A stretch of 17,494 nucleotides of DNA. Source: Promethearchaeota archaeon. Its GTDB lineage: Archaea > Asgardarchaeota > Thorarchaeia > Thorarchaeales > Thorarchaeaceae. The stretch spans positions 1-17,494 of the forward strand of contig JALVPN010000050.1 of NCBI GenBank assembly GCA_027031765.1, given 5' to 3'. Of the stretch, positions 7,382-14,690 are shown one piece after another. The translations under genes were made by a program, and so were the position numbers. Position 1 is the stretch's first letter, and each line of letters starts with the position of its first letter. The notes beneath the pieces are model-generated. The model did not search any database. It was given only the letters and a program-made list of their open reading frames with translations, and had not been told where the DNA came from.

Positions 7382-8583
7382 CAGGCATCACAGTCAAAGT
7401 GGGCGGCCCGGGGCACGGGGGAGTCCTAGACCCCCTGGCAAAGCTCACACTCCAAGACAGCACTGGTGGCGCACTCAGAAATGTCGAAGCGGTCTATCTG
7501 ACATGCGCAGAATACCAGAGAACTCTTCTCAAGGAGATGACGGTTGAACTCGGGTCGACACTCAAGCCTCACATGGCAAGAGAGTGTGCACATGCCATGT
7601 CCCTCCTGAAGAGGGCCTCGGAGAACCCTATGCTACCCCTTGAGTGCGGACTGTCCGTTGTGACACCACCAGGGAAGGTAGGCACATTTGCGACTCTCAC
7701 GGATTTGGTCGTCGCTTGTCCACCCTGTCCCGACATGAGCGCAAGTCATCCCCTGTCAGTAATACCGTTCGTGATCCCAGCAAACAGGATAGGCATCAGC
7801 ATCGGGACTGCGTGCTGCCAGACCCTCGTCGCACTCCACCGGCTGCACCGCAGTGGCTCCATCAAGTGGGGGGCGTCGTGTCAGGATCTCGCCGCCGCAC
7901 TTGTAGGGGTGCTTGTCAATGCGGCGCGGCTTGCGAGAGTGCATGACACAGCGAGATACCTCACATCGACACCGTGGCGGCGCTACATAGATGGGATGCA
8001 CGAGTGCATGGGGGACAAGTTCTCTGCACTCAAGTCATTGAGCAAATACACCGACATGGGAGACCTAGTTGCCAGTCTTTCGAAGTCGGTGCCGCGACTG
8101 TACGGCCTCGTGTTCGGCCGGATAGCCAAGCACATGGAAACGGGAACAATCCCTGAGCCGCGGGTGAAGGATGCCAGCCACACAGTTGTCGTCCTCACTG
8201 AACAGACGAACCTCTTCGACCTGCTCCCAGTAATCCGCCCAGACTCGAGAGTTGTAATCCTCTACTCCCCACTGACACTGACAACAAGACTGCTACTGGA
8301 GTGGGTAGTGGACAACTACCTCGGAAACACTGGCTTCAAAATCGAGTACCGCTTTCACCCAGTGCTGCTCCCCATGCTGGCAGAACTCTCCCTCAAGTGC
8401 ACTCTGGATGAGCTCTTGAAGAAGGATGGTGGGCCAGTCCAGGTGGTCGCAGGCGGCAACATCATCAACTACCTTGTCGGTCGCAAGCTCGAAGCGAAGT
8501 TCGAGAAGGAGAGTGATGGGGAGGGGAAGGGGCAAGGCAAGGTCAGACTTGTGTCCTCACTGTGGCCCTCTCGTCCAACCTGA
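7378..8583 (+). CDS. Hypothetical protein (401 aa) with a Cys-containing N-terminal domain (weak Cas8a2/Csa4-like motifs) and a C-terminal CARF-like Rossmann domain
   Basis: ATGA overlap with the upstream stop and GGAGTGGGAG SD at 7362-7371. The C-terminal region 8176-8559 reads HTVVVLTEQTNLFDLLPVIRPDSRVVILYSPLT...PVQVVAGGNIINYLVG...VRLVS, following the CARF beta1-helix-P-beta2(LYS/T)...TGG-like pattern. Confidence 0.78.
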   Translation: MTGITVKVGGPGHGGVLDPLAKLTLQDSTGGALRNVEAVYLTCAEYQRTLLKEMTVELGSTLKPHMARECAHAMSLLKRASENPMLPLECGLSVVTPPGKVGTFATLTDLVVACPPCPDMSASHPLSVIPFVIPANRIGISIGTACCQTLVALHRLHRSGSIKWGASCQDLAAALVGVLVNAARLARVHDTARYLTSTPWRRYIDGMHECMGDKFSALKSLSKYTDMGDLVASLSKSVPRLYGLVFGRIAKHMETGTIPEPRVKDASHTVVVLTEQTNLFDLLPVIRPDSRVVILYSPLTLTTRLLLEWVVDNYLGNTGFKIEYRFHPVLLPMLAELSLKCTLDELLKKDGGPVQVVAGGNIINYLVGRKLEAKFEKESDGEGKGQGKVRLVSSLWPSRPT

Positions 8584-8705
8584 GCGTGCCCGGGCTACCG
8601 ACAGGCAACAGGTGCAAGAGGCAGCGCGTACTCCCACTCGCCCTTAGGACACACAACGTCCCACACCTGCTCGGCAACCATCTCCCGCCATGACGGCAGG
8701 AGGTG

Positions 8706-8744
8706 GGGCCGGGTCGCTGTCCAGAGCAACAGGACTGCCGGCCC
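8706..8744. terminator. GC-rich imperfect hairpin just past the stop of the minus-strand surface-protein gene
   Basis: GGGCCGG (8706-8712) pairs with CCGGCCC (8738-8744) and encloses GTC-G-CTGT / ACAG-GAC. It sits 18 nt beyond the stop at 8763. Confidence 0.35.
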
Positions 8745-8762
8745 AGCCCCTCAGCCAGACCG

Positions 8763-11372
8763 CTACCGTCGTCGTCTGGCCGCCACTGCAACCGCTATTA
8801 CCAGCACAGCCACCGCCACGACTCCGATAGTTGTCGGACTCAGCATTTCGAAGACGGTGAAGATGCCCCCACCAGTACCAGATGTCGTGTTGGTACCTGT
8901 GGTACTGGTCGTGGTGGTGGACGTCGTGCTTGTTGTCGTGCTTGTTGTCGTAGTGGCCTCTACGACCGTGTACGACGACAGTGGCCATGCGTCCCAGTTG
9001 TCCGCCGTGTCCCCGGCCATTACAAGATACCACACTATCGTGCCTGCCGGCTGCGCCGGGATCTCACAGACGTAGAGGTGGAGATTGGCATCGTAGTGGG
9101 CCGTGTAGTTTACGAATGTGCCACTGACGTTCACAGTAACAATGACGGCCTGGATGCCGTTCGGGTCCCTGGCATCAATGTAGAGCGTCACGTTGTCCAC
9201 TGAAGTGACCACGGCTGCGGGTTCACGGTTCACGGACAGGATTTCCGGTGGCACCTCATCGTGCGATGGGTCGGTCCCGCCGAGGTACTCGTCGTAGTTC
9301 GAGACCCCATCGTTGTCGAGGTCGTCCATCGTATCGTTACGCGTGGGGTCTAGGCCGTAGGCCACCTCGTAGCCATCAGGCATGCCGTCGTCGTCAGTAT
9401 CATTGTTGAAGGGGAGCGTCCCGGCCGCGTACTCGGCCAGGTTCGTGAGACCGTCGTTGTCCGGGTCGTCGGCAGAGTCAGAGCCATTGAGCGGGTCTGT
9501 CCCGTTGGCAATCTCCCAGCCATCAGGGAGTGTATCGTTGTCTGTGTCGCTGTTGTCCGGCAGGGTGCCGATGACGTACTCGTCATAGTTCGAGTACCCG
9601 TCGCCATCGTAGTCGTCTGCGCTGTCGTTGGCTAGCGGGTCCAGGTGGTGGAGCACCTCGTAGCCGTCGGGCATCATGTCCGAGTCGGTATCGTTGTTGT
9701 GTGGGAGAGTGCCCGTGACGTACTCCTGGAGGTTGGTCAGGTCGTCATCATCGGGGTCTCCCGTCGAGTCATCAGCAAGTGGGTCCAGACCATTGCTGAC
9801 CTCCCATCCATCTGGCATCTGGTCATCATCGGTGTCGCTGTCCGTCGGCAGAGTATGGTTGCCATACTCAGAAAGGTTCGGCAGGCCGTCGCCGTCAGGG
9901 TCACCATCAGCGTCGTCTACCAGAGGGTTGAGACCGTTCTGGTATTCCCAGCCGTCTGGCATCCCATCGTCGTCGCTGTCGGCGTCGTTGTATGCCGTGC
10001 CGACCTGCTGCTCCTCCGCATTACTGAGGCCATCGTCGTCGAAGTCGTGGGAAAGGGAGAGCCACACGAACTGGTCCTGTGGCGGCTGGCCAAGCCCATA
10101 GGTGGAGTACCCGGCCACTATGACCACGAGCTCCTCTTCGGCGCCCTCATTCGCGACACCAACACCCCGACCGTAGTCATTGCGGGAGTCGCCGGAGTCC
10201 CATGAGAACTCGGCCTGGTTGTCCATGTTGGACACCTGAAGCTTCCAGAAGAAGAAGTCCTCATGACCGCCGACATCCTTGGTACCGGCCGCGTAGATGA
10301 AACCGGTCACTGTCCCAGAAACATCGTGTCGCGAGATCTGGATGTCGTAGATATGCGTGGAGTCTGTCCGCTGCCGGATGATGGAAATACTGCCTGTGGA
10401 GTTCGAGAACGCCCAGACAACGCCGTGGCCGCCGTCCTGACCGCCACCGTAGAGGTAACTGTCGGTAAAGTAGTTCTCGTAGGACAGGCCCTCTACGACC
10501 TCGTCCTCGTCCGAGTCCCCCCAGACACGGCTCCACAGGAGGTTGCCGTTATGGTCGTACCTGAGCAGCACCGCGTCGGTGGTGTCCGCCGCAGTGTTCG
10601 TCACGTAGCCGCCGACCGTAACTGACGAGTACGTGGAGCCCCAGGTGGCAATGACAGACCTGCCAACATCGAGCCCGCCACCGTAGTTGTACGTACGGTT
10701 CCACAGTGGCGAGCCGTCCGCGTATCTGAACTTGATGAGGATGATTGAGGTGTTCTGGACTGTGTTCTTCCGCATGCCAGTGACGTAGATGCCTTCCTGG
10801 CTGCCCTGCCAGCGGTTGTCGCCGCAGACAGCGTAACCGGTCAGCCCCTTGCCAGCCGGGTCGCTCACTACCGTCGACCACTCCAGCTGACCGGCAGTTG
10901 TGTACCGGAGGAGGACGAGGTTACCATGTACCACGCCCCCAGTGTTCCCCGTCACGAGCAACCGGTTGCCAGGGGCGAGCTCGATGCCGTAGCCACAGTC
11001 ATCGACGCCTGGCGTCCCCCACTGGGTCCACCAGACCACGGAGCCGTTGGCGGCAATCTTTGCCACGTAGATGTCCGTGTACAGTGCAGTGGGGTCTTCC
11101 GGTACGCAGCCAGTCACGTACACGTACGGTTCCACGCCAATGCCACCGTGTGCTGACACTGCGTCCTGGACCCGGTCATACTGTTCATAACCACTCACAT
11201 TGTATGCAAATAGGCTGTAGTCCATGTAGTCGGCCGGCTCGGGCCTGTAGTCGGTCGACCGGGGCGCCACACCAGCAGGTCCAACGGGGTTCCCGGGAAT
11301 GACGACCGCTGCACCGAGCAGGACAACTGTCAGGGCTATCGTAGCAGTAACGAATACTTTGGGGGAGTCCAT
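8763..11372 (-). CDS. Secreted, membrane-anchored surface protein: signal peptide, SBBP-like beta-propeller, DxDxDG (TSP3-like) Ca-binding repeats, Ig-like domain, Thr-rich linker, C-terminal TM anchor
   Basis: Signal-like MDSPKVFVTATIALTVVLLGAAVV (alternative start ATG 11384). Repeating blades of the type YVTG...D(I/A)(Y/V)(V/L)xK/RY...GxxxW. Five full 48-49 aa DxDxDG units plus a half unit. A beta-rich Ig-like segment, a TTTTSTTTSTT linker and IGVVAVAVLVIAVAVAARRRR at the C-terminus. Confidence 0.9.
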   Translation of the reverse strand: MDSPKVFVTATIALTVVLLGAAVVIPGNPVGPAGVAPRSTDYRPEPADYMDYSLFAYNVSGYEQYDRVQDAVSAHGGIGVEPYVYVTGCVPEDPTALYTDIYVAKIAANGSVVWWTQWGTPGVDDCGYGIELAPGNRLLVTGNTGGVVHGNLVLLRYTTAGQLEWSTVVSDPAGKGLTGYAVCGDNRWQGSQEGIYVTGMRKNTVQNTSIILIKFRYADGSPLWNRTYNYGGGLDVGRSVIATWGSTYSSVTVGGYVTNTAADTTDAVLLRYDHNGNLLWSRVWGDSDEDEVVEGLSYENYFTDSYLYGGGQDGGHGVVWAFSNSTGSISIIRQRTDSTHIYDIQISRHDVSGTVTGFIYAAGTKDVGGHEDFFFWKLQVSNMDNQAEFSWDSGDSRNDYGRGVGVANEGAEEELVVIVAGYSTYGLGQPPQDQFVWLSLSHDFDDDGLSNAEEQQVGTAYNDADSDDDGMPDGWEYQNGLNPLVDDADGDPDGDGLPNLSEYGNHTLPTDSDTDDDQMPDGWEVSNGLDPLADDSTGDPDDDDLTNLQEYVTGTLPHNNDTDSDMMPDGYEVLHHLDPLANDSADDYDGDGYSNYDEYVIGTLPDNSDTDNDTLPDGWEIANGTDPLNGSDSADDPDNDGLTNLAEYAAGTLPFNNDTDDDGMPDGYEVAYGLDPTRNDTMDDLDNDGVSNYDEYLGGTDPSHDEVPPEILSVNREPAAVVTSVDNVTLYIDARDPNGIQAVIVTVNVSGTFVNYTAHYDANLHLYVCEIPAQPAGTIVWYLVMAGDTADNWDAWPLSSYTVVEATTTTSTTTSTTSTTTTSTTGTNTTSGTGGGIFTVFEMLSPTTIGVVAVAVLVIAVAVAARRRR
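8923..8951. repeat. 12-bp tandem repeat (GTCGTGCTTGTT x2 plus a partial copy) encoding part of the Thr/Ser-rich linker
   Basis: Read directly at 8923-8934, 8935-8946 and a partial third copy; in-frame unit of 4 codons. Confidence 0.8.
9261..10046 (-). repeat. Intragenic DxDxDG repeat array, 48-49 aa period
   Basis: Unit consensus D(S/T)DxDxMPDG(W/Y)ExxxGLDPLxxDxxxDxDxDGLxNxxEYxxGTLP; five full units plus a leading half unit. Confidence 0.9.
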
Positions 11373-11469
11373 GCTACACACCATTTACACCTGTCCGTCG
11401 CCGTCGCCACGTACGCGACAGACGCACAGTTGGCAATGAGAGCGGCCGCTGGAACGTATTTAGATGTTC

Positions 11470-11482
11470 TTTGTTTAACAAA
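11470..11482. promoter_or_regulatory. AT-rich inverted repeat TTTGTT-T-AACAAA between divergent genes; candidate transcription-factor operator or promoter element
   Basis: A 6-bp inverted repeat with a 1-nt spacer in the most AT-rich patch of the 11385-11733 divergent spacer. Confidence 0.4.
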
Positions 11483-11733
11483 CACGTCGTTGTTGTAATC
11501 AGCACTAGTGGTACCCCGTGGGGACCAGCCGCACACGTGTACTGGACTGCCGCTGCGAGGACACCGCCTGTGCACCCGTGCGGCACCAATGAGCACACAA
11601 TATTGAGACGAGTAGGACTCAATGGCCCGGGAACTGCCCTCCGCTTGAAGGCCCCTTACATGGAGAAGGCACAACGCCAAGACGAGTATGACTAATAACC
11701 CTGTAGGACGAGTCCCCACCGTCGTGACGGATC

Positions 11734-13626
11734 ATGACAGGCCGTGAAGAGCAAGGGCTTGACGAGTTCGTAGAGGAGGCAATCCGGAGCACCAACCCGT
11801 GGGATGCCGTGGTCAGCATTGTGGAGGCCGCTCCCGTCAGCGGGAGGGATACGGTGGTCGCTGCACTCTGCAAAGTGCTTGCCTCCAGTCCGGTACCACT
11901 GGATGTCCTCCATGCCGTCAGACACACGGACTGGCTGGTCAAAGACGAAGGCTTTGTCAGGACTGCGGTCTCACGCAGCAACGACATCGCCGCAGCGCTG
12001 CGGCAGTCCCCCAACCCAGACTACGACCTGCACCGGCTGCTGGCCGTACCACAGCTCCTCAAAGAAGGTGACATTCGGAGGGCAGTGGCAGACCTTGTCC
12101 GGGCGCACAAGACGCCGTGCTACGTTGCCCGACAGTTGAAAGAGCACAGTGCCGTGTGGGAGCACCACGAGGTCGTCGATGCACTGCGTGCCAGGAGCGC
12201 AGACATCGCCACCGCGCTGTCAGACCCCCAGCTGGCCGGGCGTGTGGTCGAGGAGATATGCGGGACACCGGTAGTCGAGTTCCCTGAAGTCCGCGGTGCC
12301 GTGTGCAGGCAGCTGAGAGAGAGCGGGCACTACATGCTTGTGGGTGCCGTCATGCGGTGCGAGGATTTCAGGGACAGCCCCGACATCAGGCAGAGCATTG
12401 TCAGTGCAATGGAGACCCTGAAAGACCCGTGGTGGCTCGTAGATGCAGCCCGTGAGCACGGACTCCTGTCAGACCCCGAGGTCCGTGCGGCTGTGGCGCG
12501 GCGCATAGCAGAGGAGTTCGTCACCGCCGGCCCTGATACAGACCTCAGTGCAGCGGTAATGGCACTGGAGGACACCCCCGAAGTGTGCAACGACGAGGAC
12601 GTGGCAGGGGCCATCGCCGACGCCATCTCCAGGGCCGACGACCCAGTACTGGTGATGGCATTCCTGCTGAGGGTGCCAGCACTCCACAACAAGAGGCGTT
12701 TCATAGAGGCAGTCCGCGACCTCATCACTGAGAGCAAGTCACTCGGCCTGGTACTGTACAAGATTGCGCAGTACGCGCCGGCCCTGCTCCGCGAGCCCAC
12801 CATCCATTCTGCCATCGTCAGCGCAGCCATGCGCGACCCTGAGCCATGGTCTGTGCTTGACGGACTCGACAGCATTGAGGGCGCCAGCGGGGACCCGGCC
12901 GTCTGGCAACCCATCAGGGAAGGCCTTGTCGAGGCTGCAGCACGCATGATGGAGACCGCGCCCAGACCGGAGGAGATGATAGACCAGATATGGTCGCACT
13001 ACAGGTGGCTCCTCGATGACCCGCGGATGATGACGGCCATAGAGTCACGGACCGACTACTTTGCGTCCCTTGTACGGGAGTGCGGCAGAGACCTCAGCGC
13101 GCTGCACACACTGTCGGTGTGCGCCCCTTGGGTGCTCGCAGAACCGCCCGTCCGCAAGGCCCTAGCAGCACTCATGCGTGGGCATCCAGACCCCATCTCA
13201 GTCCTCTGGTACACTGCCTATGCGCGCGGAGCAGACAACGACAGGGAGATTGCTGAGAGCACCGTCATGCGGGCCCCTGACATCGTGAGAGACATGACAC
13301 CTCGCCGTGCGTGCGACGTAGTGATAGCCCTTGCAGAGGTCATGCCCAGCCTGCTCGACGACATGGGCGTTGTGAGGGCCGTCGCAAGAGCTGTCAGCGA
13401 ACACCCGAAACCCTGGGAAGTCCTCTTCTGCCTCAAACAGCATGCACCCAGACTCTACGAGGACGAGTCCGTAAGGGCTGCTGCCATAGGGCGCATCGAT
13501 GACATAGCACTCGCGCTGAGCCAGAGCACGGAGCAGTGGACAATACTGAGAGGGGTCGTGGACATCGCCGAGATAATCAGGGACGAACGTGTGAAGTGGG
13601 GGCTCCGCCGCAGGTGGGCCCGCTAG
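11734..13626 (+). CDS. Alpha-solenoid (HEAT/ARM-like helical repeat) protein, 630 aa
   Basis: About 17 degenerate units of ~33 or ~40 aa, of the form (E/D)VRxAVAxx(L/I)xxxxxPWxVLxxLxxxxxLLxDP, spanning the whole protein. No TM segment or catalytic motif seen. Confidence 0.82.
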   Translation: MTGREEQGLDEFVEEAIRSTNPWDAVVSIVEAAPVSGRDTVVAALCKVLASSPVPLDVLHAVRHTDWLVKDEGFVRTAVSRSNDIAAALRQSPNPDYDLHRLLAVPQLLKEGDIRRAVADLVRAHKTPCYVARQLKEHSAVWEHHEVVDALRARSADIATALSDPQLAGRVVEEICGTPVVEFPEVRGAVCRQLRESGHYMLVGAVMRCEDFRDSPDIRQSIVSAMETLKDPWWLVDAAREHGLLSDPEVRAAVARRIAEEFVTAGPDTDLSAAVMALEDTPEVCNDEDVAGAIADAISRADDPVLVMAFLLRVPALHNKRRFIEAVRDLITESKSLGLVLYKIAQYAPALLREPTIHSAIVSAAMRDPEPWSVLDGLDSIEGASGDPAVWQPIREGLVEAAARMMETAPRPEEMIDQIWSHYRWLLDDPRMMTAIESRTDYFASLVRECGRDLSALHTLSVCAPWVLAEPPVRKALAALMRGHPDPISVLWYTAYARGADNDREIAESTVMRAPDIVRDMTPRRACDVVIALAEVMPSLLDDMGVVRAVARAVSEHPKPWEVLFCLKQHAPRLYEDESVRAAAIGRIDDIALALSQSTEQWTILRGVVDIAEIIRDERVKWGLRRRWAR

Positions 13627-13745
13627 GCGACGGCACACATGACTGTGCTCTCGTCTGACCTTTGCCCCCAGTACCACCACGACGTTGGTGCACGGTGCAC
13701 CTCGACCGCGGAGACCATTTATGCGTCCACTACGGTCTACCTACC

Positions 13746-14441
13746 ATGTCGGACCCGGCTGACGAAGGGCCACAGAGGTACAACACAGGGGACACCGCAG
13801 AAGGTCTTGTCGCGACCATGAGGCGAGAGGCACGGCGGAGGGACATAGTGGGCACAGTCTATGTGTTCGTGGCACTGCTGGGCCCGCCCATTGTACTGCA
13901 TCTGCTGGGTGGACTCGTTGACGAGAGCACTGGCACAGTCGTGACCCTTGCAGTCGCGATGTCCTCAGTGGTCGGTATCATTCTGATGGCCCTTGCGGAG
14001 CGCGACAAACTCTATCTCGGGAGTATCGACTACCTCAAACGCATCGACCCTGTACCAGTGATTACGAGGGAGTATGCGGTCACGCAGGTCGGTGACGTCA
14101 CCGTCTTTACTCTCCGCTCCCACGCCTGCCTATACTTTGTACGCCTCGACATGCTCAATGCACTGCCCGCTGACAAGATAAGGGTGCCACGCACAGTCCC
14201 GTGGTGGAAGCGCCAGTCCGTGGCAGGCTTCAAGCTGAACTGCTACCACGACACGTTCAATGTGCCCACCGTAGACAGAGGAGTCATCTCCAGCAAGTGC
14301 ACCCTCTACGTCCTGCCCCTTACGGGGGACTCCTATGCTGCAAACTACCGCCTTTTCACAGACGAAGGGTTCATGTCACTCGTGGCCGCCGTGTCCGAAG
14401 CCAGTGAGTCAGAGGGCAGCAGCGACTGGGCCCACCTGTAG
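13746..14441 (+). CDS. Hypothetical membrane protein (231 aa, two N-terminal TM helices plus a soluble beta-rich domain)
   Basis: Two hydrophobic stretches (IVGTVYVFVALLGPPIVLHLLGGL and TVVTLAVAMSSVVGIILMAL) followed by a natural-looking soluble region. ATG 13746 is preferred because the upstream track extension (MPPVPPRRWC...) looks non-coding. Confidence 0.72.
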   Translation: MSDPADEGPQRYNTGDTAEGLVATMRREARRRDIVGTVYVFVALLGPPIVLHLLGGLVDESTGTVVTLAVAMSSVVGIILMALAERDKLYLGSIDYLKRIDPVPVITREYAVTQVGDVTVFTLRSHACLYFVRLDMLNALPADKIRVPRTVPWWKRQSVAGFKLNCYHDTFNVPTVDRGVISSKCTLYVLPLTGDSYAANYRLFTDEGFMSLVAAVSEASESEGSSDWAHL

Positions 14442-14507
14442 GGTATTGCGGCCAGCATGTAGACAGCCCGGTGTGCCGTATCGCTGTCCGGACGCGTGGT
14501 ACGACCG

Positions 14508-14690
14508 TCACATATGTGAACCCCTTCCGCAAGGGCCAGCGAACGCTAGGCCTAGTGACAAGGGGTGTCAACCCAAGTAGGCCGGTGACTCCATGCACAT
14601 GGCCCAGACATGTTGTCTGGCAGAACTGTTGTTACGTCACAGTGGATGACACCGGCCAGAGACGGGGTAGCGCACACATGCGCGCTACTC
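14508..14690. other. Cluster of palindromes and nested inverted repeats in a convergent intergenic region
   Basis: TCACATATGTGA (14508-14519), CTAGGCCTAG (14546-14555), TGACA-N5-TGTCA (14556-14570), GGCCGGTG/CACCGGCC (14580-14587 / 14650-14657), CCATG-CA-CATGG (14591-14602), CCAGACA-TGT-TGTCTGG (14604-14620) and GTAGCGC/GCGCTAC (14667-14688). Confidence 0.6.

Noticed and set aside
7927-8001. HEPN-like RxxxxH motifs in gene 3 (RLARVH, RYIDGMH)
   Set aside because: They lack the usual polar residue after Arg (RN/RH/RD), and such spacing arises easily by chance; there is not enough support to call a nuclease.
5271-8583. A bona fide CRISPR-Cas locus
   Set aside because: No repeat-spacer array and no recognisable cas1, cas3, cas5, cas7 or cas10 motifs anywhere in the window; only CARF-like and weak Cas8a2-like resemblance.
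8763-13626. Adjacent beta-propeller and alpha-solenoid genes as a proto-coatomer pair
   Set aside because: The propeller has a signal peptide and lies outside the membrane, whereas the solenoid appears cytoplasmic. The genes are divergent and the propeller is SBBP-like rather than WD40-like.
13662-13745. Track start of the membrane protein ORF at 13662
   Set aside because: The MPPVPPRRWC... extension looks non-coding; ATG 13746 gives a normal N-terminus.
14580-14690. HDV-like ribozyme (GGCCGGT/ACCGGCC as P1, GTCA-7nt-TGAC as P3/L3)
   Set aside because: There is no GG after P1 for P1.1, the L3 sequence is wrong on the plus strand, and on the minus strand the TCCAC loop has no matching P1 partner.
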